A stretch of DNA of 64,000 nucleotides, from contig NGBS01001185.1 in the NCBI GenBank assembly GCA_002245135.1, positions 1 through 64,000 on the forward strand, read 5' to 3'. The notes beneath the pieces were generated by a model, which made no database searches, was not told the origin of the DNA, and saw only the letters and a list, made by a program, of their open reading frames with translations. Positions within the stretch are counted from its first letter, which is position 1. Each line of letters opens with the position of its first letter. Positions 25,862 to 39,659 of the stretch are shown in pieces. The translations under genes were made by a program, and so were the position numbers. Source of the DNA: Proteromonas lacertae (Eukaryota).

Positions 25862-28800
25862 ATGTTTTTGAGAAATTCTTCGGAAGATGATGTGTTATCC
25901 TCATTATTACCTTCTGATATAAAAGTATATTAGTAAATATTATTTTATAGATAAAAGATAGGGTTGAAAAGAGTAATTCTGAGATAGTTTTTGTCACATA
26001 TCATCAAATTGATATGAAAAGGAGCAAATTAATAGATGTTAGTGGAGTGAAAGAGAAGAATATATTCAGATTCTTAGATAATAACTGTTTATTAGGTGAT
26101 TGTTTCTGTTTTGTATTTACATTTCAAATACATGTTTTCGGGTGTAATGTGATGATAATAGAAAGAATGTACTATATGAGAGATTTAGAAGAGATTATTA
26201 AGAGTGAGAGAATATCAAATGATGATATTTTGAGTTTATTATGTGGATTATGTAATATTACGATGATATTATATGAAAATGGTATAGTAGTTGAGAATAT
26301 GAAGAGTAGTAATGTAATATATGAAAGTGATAATAATGTAAAGTTATGTGATTTATTCTTGAATGAATTGAGAAATGAAGAAGATATGAAGATTTACGAT
26401 GTGTGTTTCAAAAGTCCAGAAGAGTTGAATGGTTTAGAATATAATGATCGAAGTGTGATTTGGTCAATTGGTTGTATATTATATGAAATGATTTGTAAGA
26501 AATTAGCATTTGATGAAGATAGGAATATGTTTAAAACTCTAGTAAATATATTATTGTGCAAATATAATAGAGAGTTAATAAAAGATGGTATAATGAAAGA
26601 AATGATTGATAGAATGTTAAAAGTGAGAAATGAAGATAGATTGAGTTTAAAAGAATTGAGAAAAGAAATGATAAAGATGAGTGAAATGTTGAAAGATGAT
26701 GATAATAATTTAGTGATAGTAAGAGAAAGAAAAGAAATGTTATTGAATAATGATTTAGAATTAGAAATATCACCATTTAATATTCAAGCAGAATATTATC
26801 TCCAATATAATAAAAGGGAAGATATTCGAGATAGATTAATAGAGTGTTATAATGTTAAGTTAAATGAAAGAGTATTATCAGTGTTAATAATGATGAAATT
26901 AAATAAAAAAGATCAATCAATAAAGAAAAAAATGAAATTTCAAATTTCTCACCAGTATGATGTAGATATAGAATTTTACTTAGATGAACTGATATTTAAT
27001 ATATATATAGATGATAAAGAAAGATTGGCAATTAGACCAAATTGTTTATGCTATTGTAAGGAAGGAATGAATTATTTCTTCAGAATATTGAAACTGATTA
27101 ATCCAATATATCTGTGGTTCACTGATATTAGTAGAATCATAATTCAGAATCAACCATTATTTGCAACATATTTTAATCAATTATCAAATTTGCAGCATTT
27201 ATTTTTTAGGACATGTAATCTTACTGCTGATTTCATTGAATCATTTGTTAAATCAATTCCATTAATGATGAAACTGAAATACATATATATTGAAAGTACT
27301 TTAAGTATTTATTATAATAAAATAGGTAATCCAATTGGCTTAAAAGGCTTCAAATTGTTACTTCCATATTTACATTTTTTAATCAACAAAGACAACGAAT
27401 TGAATATTAGAAAAATGAATTTAAATGATGAATCAATGATATTTTTATCAGAAGAATTATATAAATATCCACGACTTAAGAAGATAGATATTAGAGACAA
27501 CAATGGCATTCATTCAATCGGATTAAAATTCTTATTTTGTAAATTCCCTATTTCAAAAATATCATTTGATTTTAATGGAAGTAAAGAATTATTGATAGAT
27601 AAAGACATTCCTGAATTACTTGGTTCAATCAACTTACTTTATTCTTTACATTTAAATGAATTAAAAATTGATGATAAAATTTTCAAATCGTTTATTTCAT
27701 TAAGAAGAAATGAATTTAAAGAAATGAAAAAGTTAGATTTGTGTAGTATAATATGTTATTTTTCTATTATTTAGATAATAAACTAACATACAGAAGCGTA
27801 AGATTACTGATTAAGAATATGTTTTTATTTTCAAATCTTACATATCTATGCTTGCGTGGGAATGGAATTGGAGATGAAGGAATGAAAATATTATCTTCCC
27901 ATTTATATATACTCAAAGATGATGACAATTCACTTGATTTTTCAAGTATAATAATAATCGTTTATAATATAATAGACATGGGATTATCTTCAATTGGGCT
28001 AAAATATGTATTAGATGGTTTAAAGAATACTGATGAAGATATAAAACTGAATGTAAGTGAAAATAATATCGATTCAATTGGAGTAGAATATCTGATGAAA
28101 TATCTAAAAGAAAATGATAGTATTGAAAGATTATCCATTCACAGTATATATTTTGTTTTAATTATGTGTTTAATAGATAATCCAATTGGTAATGTTGGAT
28201 TTAGATTGTTATTGAAGAATTTTGATTTGTTAATAAATGATGATAATGAGATAAATTTGAATAATGTCTCAATAGATGATGAAAGTGTTTTATTATTAGT
28301 AAATAAACTAGATTCATTAGAAGGATGTAAGACAATACATCTAAAAGGAAATAATATCAGAATGAAAGGGATAAAATCAATCTGTTCAAAATCATTAGAA
28401 AGAGATGAATATCCATTTATTGAAATGAAATGTTCATCATGGACAAATGAAGAATTGGAATATTATTTGAATTATTGTATTAAAAAGAAAAGAAATGATG
28501 ATAAGAATTATGATTTATCAAGTATAAATTATTATTCATGTATAATGAAATAGATGTGAATATTAATGATGATGATATTTCCTTGATTAAGCAGATAGAT
28601 TATAGAATAGTTGATTTATCGAATAATCATATAAGCTTTAAAGGATTTAACGAATTAATGAATTCATTGTCAAAAAATATACATAATATTGTAATTAATA
28701 ATAATGAAATTGGAGATGAAGGAATAGAGATAATATGTAAATATTTAGATATATTTGTCAAAAATGATAATATGAGTAATACATCATTATTAAATCTTTC

Positions 28801-29143
28801 AAGTATTATATTAAGATAATATAATTTAATAATTTGAATAGATATTGGAATGAGTAAAAAGGGATTAAAAATGTTAATAGAAAGATTAAACAAATATAAA
28901 CTATTAGAAAAGATGGATATATCAGGAAATGAATTAGATGAAAGAGAATTAAGATTAATGAGAAAGAATAAAATAATATTTGAGATATTAAAAGAAATAT
29001 CAATAACAATGACAGAAAATATAGATCAATCAAAATTAAAATCATTTTTATATACATTTTCATCAATTGGGAGAATCAAATTAAATGGAATATCAGAAGA
29101 AGAAGAAAAAGAATTATCAAATCAATTCTTTAACATTGAATAA
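25862..29143 (+). CDS. Pseudokinase-LRR family copy 2 (apparently intact)
   Basis: MFLRNSSEDD.. exon, intron 25925-25950, kinase fold (VVENMKSSN, KLCDL, FKSPEEL, WSIGCILYEM), then LRR exons separated by phase-1 introns at 27296-27325, 27746-27774, 27946-27975, 28144-28176, 28522-28553, 28803-28841. Confidence 0.9.
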
Positions 29144-29214
29144 TAAATTACTCTATTATACTTATTATGTATTTGATAATGTTATGTTGTTTTTTGTTCA
29201 TGAGACATAAACAT

Positions 29215-29508
29215 AAGGAATTGTGTTAAACATTCTTGAATAGTGACTAAAGTAAACAAATTTATATCCATTCTATGCAGCATAATTAGCTCTACACACT
29301 CTCCTAATCTAAACAATAGAAGATTAATAATACAGTTTTTATTGAAGTAAAATAATTCATTTAATTATTTGAAACGGATAAGATTTAGAAACATCAAACT
29401 TAAGCTTGAAAATGTTTTTGAGAAATTCTTCGGAAGATGATGTGTTATCCTCATTATTACCTTCTGATATAAAAGTATATTAGTAAATATTATTTTATAG
29501 ATAAAAGA
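29215..29508 (+). repeat. Direct duplicate of 25665-25958 (GrpE 5' fragment + kinase-LRR exon 1 and intron 1)
   Basis: Near-identical sequence at a constant offset of 3550 bp. Confidence 0.92.
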
Positions 29509-32243
29509 AAGAAACGAAAAGAGCGTAAATGAAGTTGATCTTGTTGTAGAACATGAAAGTGATGTGAAGATGATAAAAATCTTGAATGCATGTTGTATAG
29601 ATGATAATAAAATATTAAAGTTCTGTGAAAATAACAGCTTGTTGTCAGATTATTGCTCCTTTTTATGTTATCCATTAGATGTTCAAATGCTCGGATATAA
29701 TATGATTGTGTTAGAAAGAATGTACTATATGAGAGATTTAGAAGAGATTATTAAGAGTGAGAGAATATCCAATGCTGAAATCTGTAGTGTGATATGTGGA
29801 TTATGTAATCTTATGATGATATTAAATGAAAATGGTATAGTAGTTGATAATTTGAAGAGTAGTAATGTAATATATGAAAATTATGATGAAATAAAGTTAT
29901 GTGATTTATACTTGAATATGTTGAGAAAAAAAGATGAATTGAGAGTGTATGATATCTGCTTCAAAAGTCCAGAAGAGTTGAGTGGATTAGAATATAATGA
30001 TCGAAGTGTGATTTGGTCAATTGGATGTATATTATATGAAATGATTTGTAAGAAATTAGCATTTAATGAAGATAATAATATGGATAAAACCAAAGATAAT
30101 ATTGTGAGAGGTGAATTTAGTGTTGATGTAGAATGTGATGAATTGATGAAAGAGATGATACACAGAATGTTAATAGTGAAAAATGAAGATAGATTGAGTT
30201 TAACTGAGTTAAGAAAAGAAATGATAAAGATGAATAAAAAATTAAAAGATGAAGAAGATAATGTGATGATATGTGAAGAAAGAAAGGAAATAGTGTGCAA
30301 TAATGATTATGTGATAGTAATGTGCCCAATTGTAACTTTTAAATCAAAATATTATGTGGAGCTGAACAAAAGAGAAAGTATATATAATGTGTTAGTAATA
30401 TTATTGAATAGAAATTCAAGAATATTTGATAAGATTATACAATAGAAAAGCAGATGAAAGAATCATGTCAATATTGTTGATGATGAAAGTATGTAAAGGA
30501 GATAATTCAATAAAAGATAAAGTGAAATTTCAGATTGGTCATAAATGTAAAGATAATAGAGGTTGTTATTTAGATGAAAAGATATTTAATATTTATAAAG
30601 TCAGATGTGATAAAGAAATAATCAAAATTGACATAGGATGTGTATGTATTTGTGAAGAAGGAATGGATTATTTCTTCAGAATATTGAAATTGATTAATCC
30701 AACAAAATTGAGATTTGGTATAATTGATATTGTTATTATTTCTTTAGGTGATTATGGATTTAATATTCCAAGCCAATATCAACATTATTTGTATCATTAT
30801 TATCTGAAATACCAAATGTACAAGAATTATATTTAATATCCTGCAATTTAAGTAGTTATTTCATTGAATCCTTGATAAGTGCAATTCCATATATGAAAGT
30901 GAAATATATAGATCTTCGCTGTATTTATATTTCTTATATTATATTGAAATAGGTAATGCGATAGGTGAAAACGGTTTGAAAATATTGCTTCCATATTTAC
31001 ATTTATTAATTAACAATAGAAATGAATTATATCTAACTGGAATGAATTTGAATGATGAATCAATGATGTTATTATCATCAGAATTATATAAATATCCAAA
31101 TGTCAAGAAAATCGATATTAGATGTAATAATGTTTATTCGAAAGGATTAAAATCCTTGTTTTCTCAATTTCCTATATCCAAAATAGACTTTGATTTTAAT
31201 GAAAGTAAAGAATTACTGATAGACAAAGACATTCCCGAATTAGTAGAATACATCAAAGATCATAATTACTTAAATTTGAGTAATTCAGAAATAGATGATA
31301 ATATTTTAAAATCATTCATCTCTTTAAGATTGAATGAGTTGAGAGGAATAGAAAAGTTAGATTTGAGTAGTATAATAGTATAATATTATTGTTTTATTTA
31401 GATAATAAATTGACAGATAAAAGTATGGAAGTACTGATTAACAATCTGTGTTCATTCTGGTGTATTTATCACATTCAATTGAATGGAAACTTGATAGGAG
31501 ATAAAGGAATGAAAATATTATCTTCCCATTTATATATACTCAAAGATGATGATAATTCACTTGATTTTTCAAGTATAATAATAATCGTTTATAATATAAT
31601 AGACATGGGATTATCTTCAATTGGGTTAAAATATGTATTAGATGGTTTAAAGAATACTGATGAAGATATAAAACTGAATGTAAGTGAAAATAATATTGAT
31701 TCAATTGGAGTAGAATATCTGATGAAATATCTAAAAGAAAATGATAATATTGAAAGATTATCCATTCACAGTATATATTTTGTTTTAATTATGTGTTTAA
31801 TAGATAATCCAATTGGTAATGTTGGATTTAGATTGTTATTGAAGAATTTTGATTTGTTAATAAATGATGATAATGAGATAAACTTGAGTAAAATATCAAT
31901 AGATGATGAAAGTGCTTTATTATTAACAAAAGAAATACATCATAGTGGGAGATGTAAAACAATAAATCTAAAAGGAAATAATATCAGAATGAAAGGGATA
32001 AAATCAATATGTTCAAAATCATTAGAAAATAAATATTATCCCTTAATAGAAATGAAATGTTCATTATGGACAAATGAAGAAATGAAATACTATTTGAATT
32101 ATTGTAGAAAGAATAAAGTAAAATATTCTTGGATACTTTTACTAAGCTTACATGAACAAATAATGTTATTCTTGTCAGAACTAATGCTAATGTTATTACC
32201 AGTAGTAGCACTTTATCAAAGACTTATGAAAGAAGATATTTAA
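29412..32243 (+). CDS. Pseudokinase-LRR family copy 3 (last LRR exons replaced by an unrelated tail; 1-nt frameshift near 30783)
   Basis: VVDNLKSSN kinase fold plus LRR exons. Near-identical to the inverted copy at 45709-48460. Confidence 0.82.
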
Positions 32244-32454
32244 TTATTAATATTATATTTTTTAAACATAATTTTTATATATCATCATTAGCTTGAATAA
32301 TAGACAAGCCTAATTCAAAATTGAAAATAGAATATTTATCATTATAATCAGACGCTATGTTAATTACCATCTTTATAACTCCTTTATTTGAAATTGAAAA
32401 TGAATAGCTTGAATAGAGTAATCAAGCTAGTACATGTTTTAAAGTTTAATAATT

Positions 32455-32810
32455 CATTATATAGGAAGTAATTTCATTTTATATATGTGTAATATTAATA
32501 TTATATTTGTATACTTATATGTAGTTTACATTATTTCCTTGTAAAGTTATGCAATTATGAAAATCAGAATCTAGCTATATTAAAGTAAATCATAAAGGTT
32601 AATACTGCCAATTAGGTTATTTATAAAACATGAGATAACATAATATTCTGTTAGTTTCAATTAATTTCATTTATTCCTTTTAAAGCAATGCTATTCCTTT
32701 AGTCATGTAATATATAATTTATATAAGCTAAGTAGACAATTATTACAAAAATTTCTAATCAATAGAAAAAACATATTCTAAATTTATGAAAAACTAATTT
32801 TGAAAAAAAC
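32455..32810 (+). repeat. Dispersed non-coding repeat, copy 3
   Basis: Collinear with 2340-2730. Confidence 0.7.
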
Positions 32811-32876
32811 GACAAAAGTATATAATAAAAAGAATAATAGTTATCACACTTTTTAATTTCCTTCTTAATACCTTTA

Positions 32877-33682
32877 TTATTGATTATCATGATATTCTGT
32901 AATTATTATAGCATACACCAATAATATTAAAAATAAGAATAACAAAGCTACCATTATTCCTATTACAAAATATCCATTAATATTGTGTATTATCATGAAT
33001 ACAGTTACGTATATCAAAAGCGATGAATATATCATTATCCTTGTATTATTATCATAATTATTATTCCTAAAATTCATCATATCTCTAAAATTTGCAACAT
33101 AATCCAGTATAAAATTTCTTCTATTCACATTATTCTGACGAACATTATTAATAATACGTCTAATATAATTTGATATTAATCTGTTGAATGCCAAAGCTAA
33201 AATATGATTATTGATAATATTATTTTGCATTACTGACATAATTAGAAACATTATAATATTTCTTACATCGTTATTATTTATCACTTTCATTCCTGCTATA
33301 ATCCCAATTAATATTATATTATTAAGAAAATCATTATCAAATAATTCATTCAAATTATTAACAGCTGCTAATGTTATAAATAGCAATATTAATAATATAA
33401 ATCTGCTAATGTCTATTTGATGTATTGGGATTAGATCAGCAGCATGATTAATAACAACATCTGCATAATTATTACCATCACCTCCATCACCTCCATCATC
33501 TCCATCTCTGTTACCATTACCATTACCATCATCATGATAAAGTTATAACTATCTCTTACTCTTTGATCTTCCCTACCAGGCTGATTAGTAGTGAACTTTG
33601 AATTTGTATAGTTCTTAGTAAAAAATGTATGATAAACAATATTTATCTCATGCTGAATACAATATATACCAAACATTTCCAT
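32877..33682 (-). CDS. Hypothetical multi-pass membrane protein (Asn/Ile-rich), likely one gene across a 1-nt shift near 33540
   Basis: The frame of ORF 32877-33386 extends upstream through DDGNGNGNRDGDDGG. Several hydrophobic segments. No recognisable family. Confidence 0.35.
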
Positions 33683-34241
33683 CTTCTATATCAAAATAAA
33701 AAGATTTGATCAGTTCATACAATTTCAAATAAAATTGGGAGAGACAAATGTATACTATCGAATGAATTGAATTTATCATAAAAGAAAGTAGAAAATTGAA
33801 TAAAAGAATATATGATATTTAAGAGGTGTAATAGTGATTTGGTATTGCTATAATGATGTAGTTTTACTATTTTTAGTAGAGAAAATGCAATGTTCGAAGA
33901 TATAAAAATGCTGAAATTATTGGATGATAATATTGATGAAATACTGTATTAGATTTTTATTGGAGATAAATAAATCGTTCACTATTATCAAACAGTTATG
34001 TTTGAATAATACTCAGTTGTATATATAGTATTCCAAATAAAAGGTGATGAAGATAGTTTTATGACGCAAAATTGTAAGTGTTCAAATTTAATATATTGAC
34101 TCAAGCCAGATAAAACTACAAATGTTGGTTTAATTCATAAAAAATTCATTATTGTCGTTATGATCTGCATATATAGCTGCTATAAAAGCGTGAGCATCTT
34201 ATTGTCATTCTGTTGGCTGATCAGAATATGTTTTTAGTATC

Positions 34242-34279
34242 AAATTGGAGATAAATAGGCGTATATTTATCTCCAATTT
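34242..34279. other. Perfect 16-bp hairpin
   Basis: AAATTGGAGATAAATA-GGCGTA-TATTTATCTCCAATTT. Confidence 0.8.
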
Positions 34280-34344
34280 TGTCATTTGTCATAATAGCAC
34301 ATTTATCTCCTTTTGAACTGTTGTTTGTGAATAAAATATAATTT

Positions 34345-34553
34345 ACATACTTAAAGAAATGAAAATAATGAAAGAAAAGAGTAATATTTTTGAATATTTA
34401 GATGAATTGTTGATAACAGCAAAAGAGAATATAGATAAATCATAATTAAAACATTTTTTAGAAATGTTTTCATCAATTGGAATAATAAAACTAGATCGAA
34501 TATCAGAAGAAGGAAAAAAAGAATTATCAAAAGAATTCTTCAATATTAAATAA
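34345..34553 (+). pseudogene. Orphan 3' terminal fragment of a pseudokinase-LRR gene
   Basis: IFEYLDELLITAKENIDKS*LKHFLEMFSSIGIIKLDRISEEGKKELSKEFFNIK* matches the last exon of copies 1, 2 and 4. Confidence 0.8.
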
Positions 34554-34929
34554 TTGATTGTATTGTTATTATAATTAATTTTCTATTGATGTATTTGTCT
34601 ATTTAATAGTAAAATAATGAAAAACAAAGAAATCAAAACGAATATATTTTTGATATTTAATCAAACTATCAAATCAAGCTTAATAATGTTTTAAATTTAT
34701 GTTAGTATTGCGTAATGCAGAAGTAGTTTAGAAGTGTATTACAGCTTATTTGAGATAATAAATTCAAAGAAAGATTATTATATAATAGAATTATAGATAT
34801 AAATAGAATGTTACTCAGAGAATATTATATGAAGGTTATTTAGTAATGAATTCTGTTAATTATGAAAATGCATAGATAGTCAAAATCATACTAAATGAAT
34901 GTATTTTACGAAATACAGAACAACTCTCC

Positions 34930-35637
34930 TCTCCATTTGAACATTTAAGTGTATGGACAGAAGTGTTACAAGATACAATGTTAGATTTATTCGATTGTGG
35001 AAAATTAGACTGTGCTTCAGCAGTATCTTTATCCTTATCTCCAAAAGGATTCGAAAGATTCTATGCGAATTTACCAAAATATGAAAAGAAAATAATCTTA
35101 AGACCTCAAGCAATAGCTAACCATGCTGAATGTGTTCGAAGACTAGGAGTAATAGCAATGAATACTCCATTAGAAGTAGATATCTATGCTCATGCAAACA
35201 GTAGTTTAATAGGTGGAACTCGAATGGTAAATGGTTTAGGAGGTTCAGGTGATTTCTTACGTAATTCTTATCTATCAATAATGCATACTCCGTCAGTACG
35301 AAAATCTAAGAATGATCCTCATGGTATCAGTTGTATAGTTCCAATGTGTTCTCATATTGACCATACAGAGCATGATTTAGATGTAATCGTCACTGAACAA
35401 GGTGTAGCTGATTGTCGAGGTTTAGGTCCACGACAGAGAGCAAAAGAAATCATCAGCCATTGTGCTCATCCTGAGTATAAAGAACAATTGTTAGAATATT
35501 ACAATATGGCTGAGAAAGATTGTTGTAGTAAAGGAATTGGTCATGAGCCAGTATTATTTGATTTGGTTCATAAAATGCATTTGAATTTGAGTAAGAATGG
35601 AACAATGAAATTGAAAAGTTGGAGTGATAAAGTTTAA
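34930..35637 (+). pseudogene. 5'-truncated duplicate of acetate:succinate CoA-transferase
   Basis: Reverse complement of 48667-49374. About 290 N-terminal codons are missing. Confidence 0.9.
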
Positions 35638-35771
35638 AAATTGAAAATGATGTACTGTATGACATTTTGCTAATAGTTATATATATTTGTGTTTGTTTAT
35701 AAGAATGAAAAAATAAAAAATAAAGATAATGAAACGATAAAATATTTATAAATAATTAATCCGTTACAAAA

Positions 35772-38700
35772 ATGAAATTGATAGATAAAATATTAAAATC
35801 ACTATTATTATGTGATATGAAAGTATTATTTGATTGTAATTTTGATAGATAAAAGAAAGAAACGAAAAGAGCGTAAATGAAGTAGATGTAGTAGTAAAAC
35901 ATGAAAGTGATAATAGAATGATAAAAATCTTGAATGCATGTTGTATAGATGATAATAAAATATTAAAGTTCTGTGAAAATAACAGCTTGTTGTCAGATTA
36001 TTGCTCCTTTTTATGTTATCCATTAGATGTTCAAATGCTCGGATATAATATGATTGTGTTAGAAAGAATGTACTATATGAGAGATTTAGAAGAGATTATT
36101 AAGAGTGAGAGAATATCCAATGCTGAAATCTGTAGTGTGATATGTGGATTATGTAATCTTATGATGATATTAAATGAAAATGGTATAGTAGTTGATAATT
36201 TGAAGAGTAGTAATGTAATATATGAAAATTATGATGAAATAAAGTTATGTGATTTATACTTGAATATGTTGAGAAAAAAAGATGAATTGAGAGTGTATGA
36301 TATCTGCTTCAAAAGTCCAGAAGAGTTGAGTGAATTAGAATATAATGATCGAAGTGTGATTTGGTCAATTGGTTGTATATTATATGAAATGATTTGTAAG
36401 AAATTAGCATTTAATGAAGATAGGAATATGTTTAAAACTCTAGTAAATATATTATTTTGCAAATATAATAGAGAGTTAATAAAAGATGGTATAATGAAAG
36501 AAATGATTGATAGAATGTTAAAAGTGAGAAATGAAGATAGATTGAGTTTAAAAGAATTGAGAAAAGAAATGATAAAGATGAGTGAAATGTTGAAAGATGA
36601 TGATAATAATTTAGTGATATTAAGAGAAAGAAAAGAGATGTTATTGAATAATGATTTAGAATTAGAAATATCAAGATTTAATGTTTTATCAGACTATTGT
36701 TTCGAATATAACAAATATGAAAGTATAAAGAATTGTTATTATTTTAATAGATATTCGAGATGATTTAATAGAATGTTACAATCGTAAAGCTAATGATAGA
36801 GTATTATCAGTGTTATTAATGATGAAATTGTACAATGCGGATAAATCAATAAAAGATAAAATGATGTTTGCAGTAAATCACAAATGTGAAGAAAAATGTA
36901 ATTTAGATGAGAAGATATTTGGGATAGAAATTTATAGAAGTGATAAAGAAAGATTAAAAATATGTGATGGATGTGTTTGTGTTTGTGAAGAAGGAATTGA
37001 ATATTTATTTAAAATATTGAAGTTGATTAATCCAAGAAAAATAAGGTTTGATGATATTAGAATCCCAATTCAGAATCAACTATTATTTGGATCATTATTT
37101 TCTGATTTATCCAACCTTCAAATATTATGTTTACATTCATGTAATCTTACATGTGATTTCATTGAATCATTTGTTAAATCAATTCAGTTGATTAAATTAG
37201 AATATATTCATATTTATTGTATTTATTATTATATCATTATATATTTAATTTCAAAATAGTTAATCCAATTGGTTCAAAAGGCATCAAATTATTGCTTCCA
37301 TATCTACATCTATTGATTAATAGAAACAATGAATTGTATCTTAATGGATTATATTTAGATGATGAATCAATGATATTATTATCGAAAGAAATATCAAAAT
37401 ATCCAAATGTTAAGAAGATCGATATTAAAAACAATTGTATTATAAGCTCAGCTGGGTTAAAGTGTTTATTCTCCAAGTTTCCAATTTCAAAAATCAAATT
37501 TGATTTTAACGAAAGAATAGATTTATTAATAGATAAAGACATTCCCGAATTGATTAACTATGTAATATATTATGGTGTGATGTATTTGAATGATTTATGT
37601 ATTGATGATGATTTTTTCCAGTCGTTTGTATCATTAAGATTAAATGAATTTAAAGAAATGAAAAAGTTAGATTTGAGAAGTATAATTTGTTATTTTTCTA
37701 TAATTTAGATAATAAACTGTCATACAAAAGTGTAGAAATACTGATAAACAATTTATCTTCATTTCCAATACTTAGAAGAGTTGAATTAGATATAAATGAA
37801 ATAGGAGATTTAGGAATGAAAATATTAACTCCTCACTTACGATTACTAATAGATAGTAATAATGGAATATATTGTTCAAGTATAATAATTATTATGTAAT
37901 ATTAAATAGACATGGGATTATCTTCAACTGGATTAAAATATATATTAGATGGTTTAAAGAATATTAGTCGAAAAATCAGATTAGTTGATGTTAGTGATAA
38001 TAAAATCGATTCAGATGGTGTAAAATATTTGATGAATTATATGGAAGAAAAAGATAATATAGAAAAATTAGGCATTTATAGTATATATTATTTTGTTATT
38101 TAATGTTACTGAAATAGACAATCCAATTAGTAATATCGGATTTAAATTATTATTAAAGAAAATAAATGTGATAATATATGATGATGAAATGAATTTGAGT
38201 AATATATCAATAGATGATGAAAGTGTGATACTATTAGGAAATGAAATAGATTCAGTTGAAGAATGTAAAATAATATATTTAAATGGAAACAATATTCACA
38301 TGAATGGATTAAAATTCATATGTTCCAAATCATTAGAAAAAGAAGAATATCCATTTATTGAAATAAATAATTCATTATGGAGAAATGAAGAACTGGAGTA
38401 TTATTTGAATTATTGTATAAAAAAGAAAAGAATAGATTATAGAATCTATGATTTTTCTAGTATTTGATTATAATTTTTAATGAAATAGATTTAAGCGTGA
38501 ATGATTCTCATATCTCATTAATTAAAGATATAAATTATGAAGAACTTGATTTGTCAAATAACAAAATCAGTATAAAAGGATTTAAAGACTTAACAGATTC
38601 TTTACCAAATGATGTTCTTTATATTTCAATTTATAATAATGAAATTAGTGATGAAGGAATGGAAATAATATGTAAAAATTTCGACATATTTGTTAAATAT

Positions 38701-39233
38701 CCATTATCCTTATATCTCTCCAGTATTTTTATAATTTTATAATTTGAATAGATATTGGAATGAGTGAAAAAGGTTTGAAAATGTTAATAGAAAGATTAAA
38801 AGATTATATACCATTAAGAAAGATAGATATATCAAAAAATGAATTAAATGAAAGAGAATTGATGTTAATGAAAGAAAATGATAAAATATTTAAAGATTTA
38901 GATGAGTTATCAATAAGTTTAAAAGAAGATATAGATAAATCCGAAGTAAAATCATTCTTAGAAACATTTTCTTCAATTAGAATAATCAAATTAGATGGAA
39001 TAAGTGAAGAAGAAAAGAAAGAATTATCAAAAGAATATGTGAATATTGAACAATATACAGAACATCAAGAACGAAAGATAACAGTTCGAGATGAATATGA
39101 AGAACATGATTTTTTAAAAGCCAGAAATGTAATTTCTTTTGATGTTACAAAGATAAGAGAATTACAAAAACTTGCAAATGATTTAAAAAATGGAGTTGTA
39201 TTTGGAAGAAAAATGAAACATATGAGAGAATAA
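35772..39233 (+). CDS. Pseudokinase-LRR family copy 4 (mosaic, extended C-terminus)
   Basis: MKLIDKILKS.. exon, intron 35823-35848, kinase fold and a full LRR exon set. Reads through the usual stop position (NIE-CAA). Confidence 0.88.
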
Positions 39234-39659
39234 ACATATAAAATCATTTGCTTCCAAATAATATATCCAAATTATGTGAATTTTGCTAATAATATTGTTC
39301 ATAATAATTCTTCTTCCTTCTGCGTTTATATTTTTTAATTAACGATAATTTTGTAGTTTTTTCACATAATCTACATATAGAATGTTCTTTTTTTCACATA
39401 ATTAAGGTATAATACCATTGCTGTTATATAGTTTATAATAATTATTATACCTTAATTGAAATAATACATGCATGTTGTTTTACAAGAGTATCTTAGTGCA
39501 AAATATCTATACTCATCAATAAAAAGAAATATAAAAATTATTTTGATCAAGCATTAAGTTTGAATGAAATTGATAATATTTAACGTCTGAAATTTTATCC
39601 AATAGAATTCTTTTGCTCGAGCACATTTCTAGTTAAAGAAACTAATCAACGAAGAAAAG

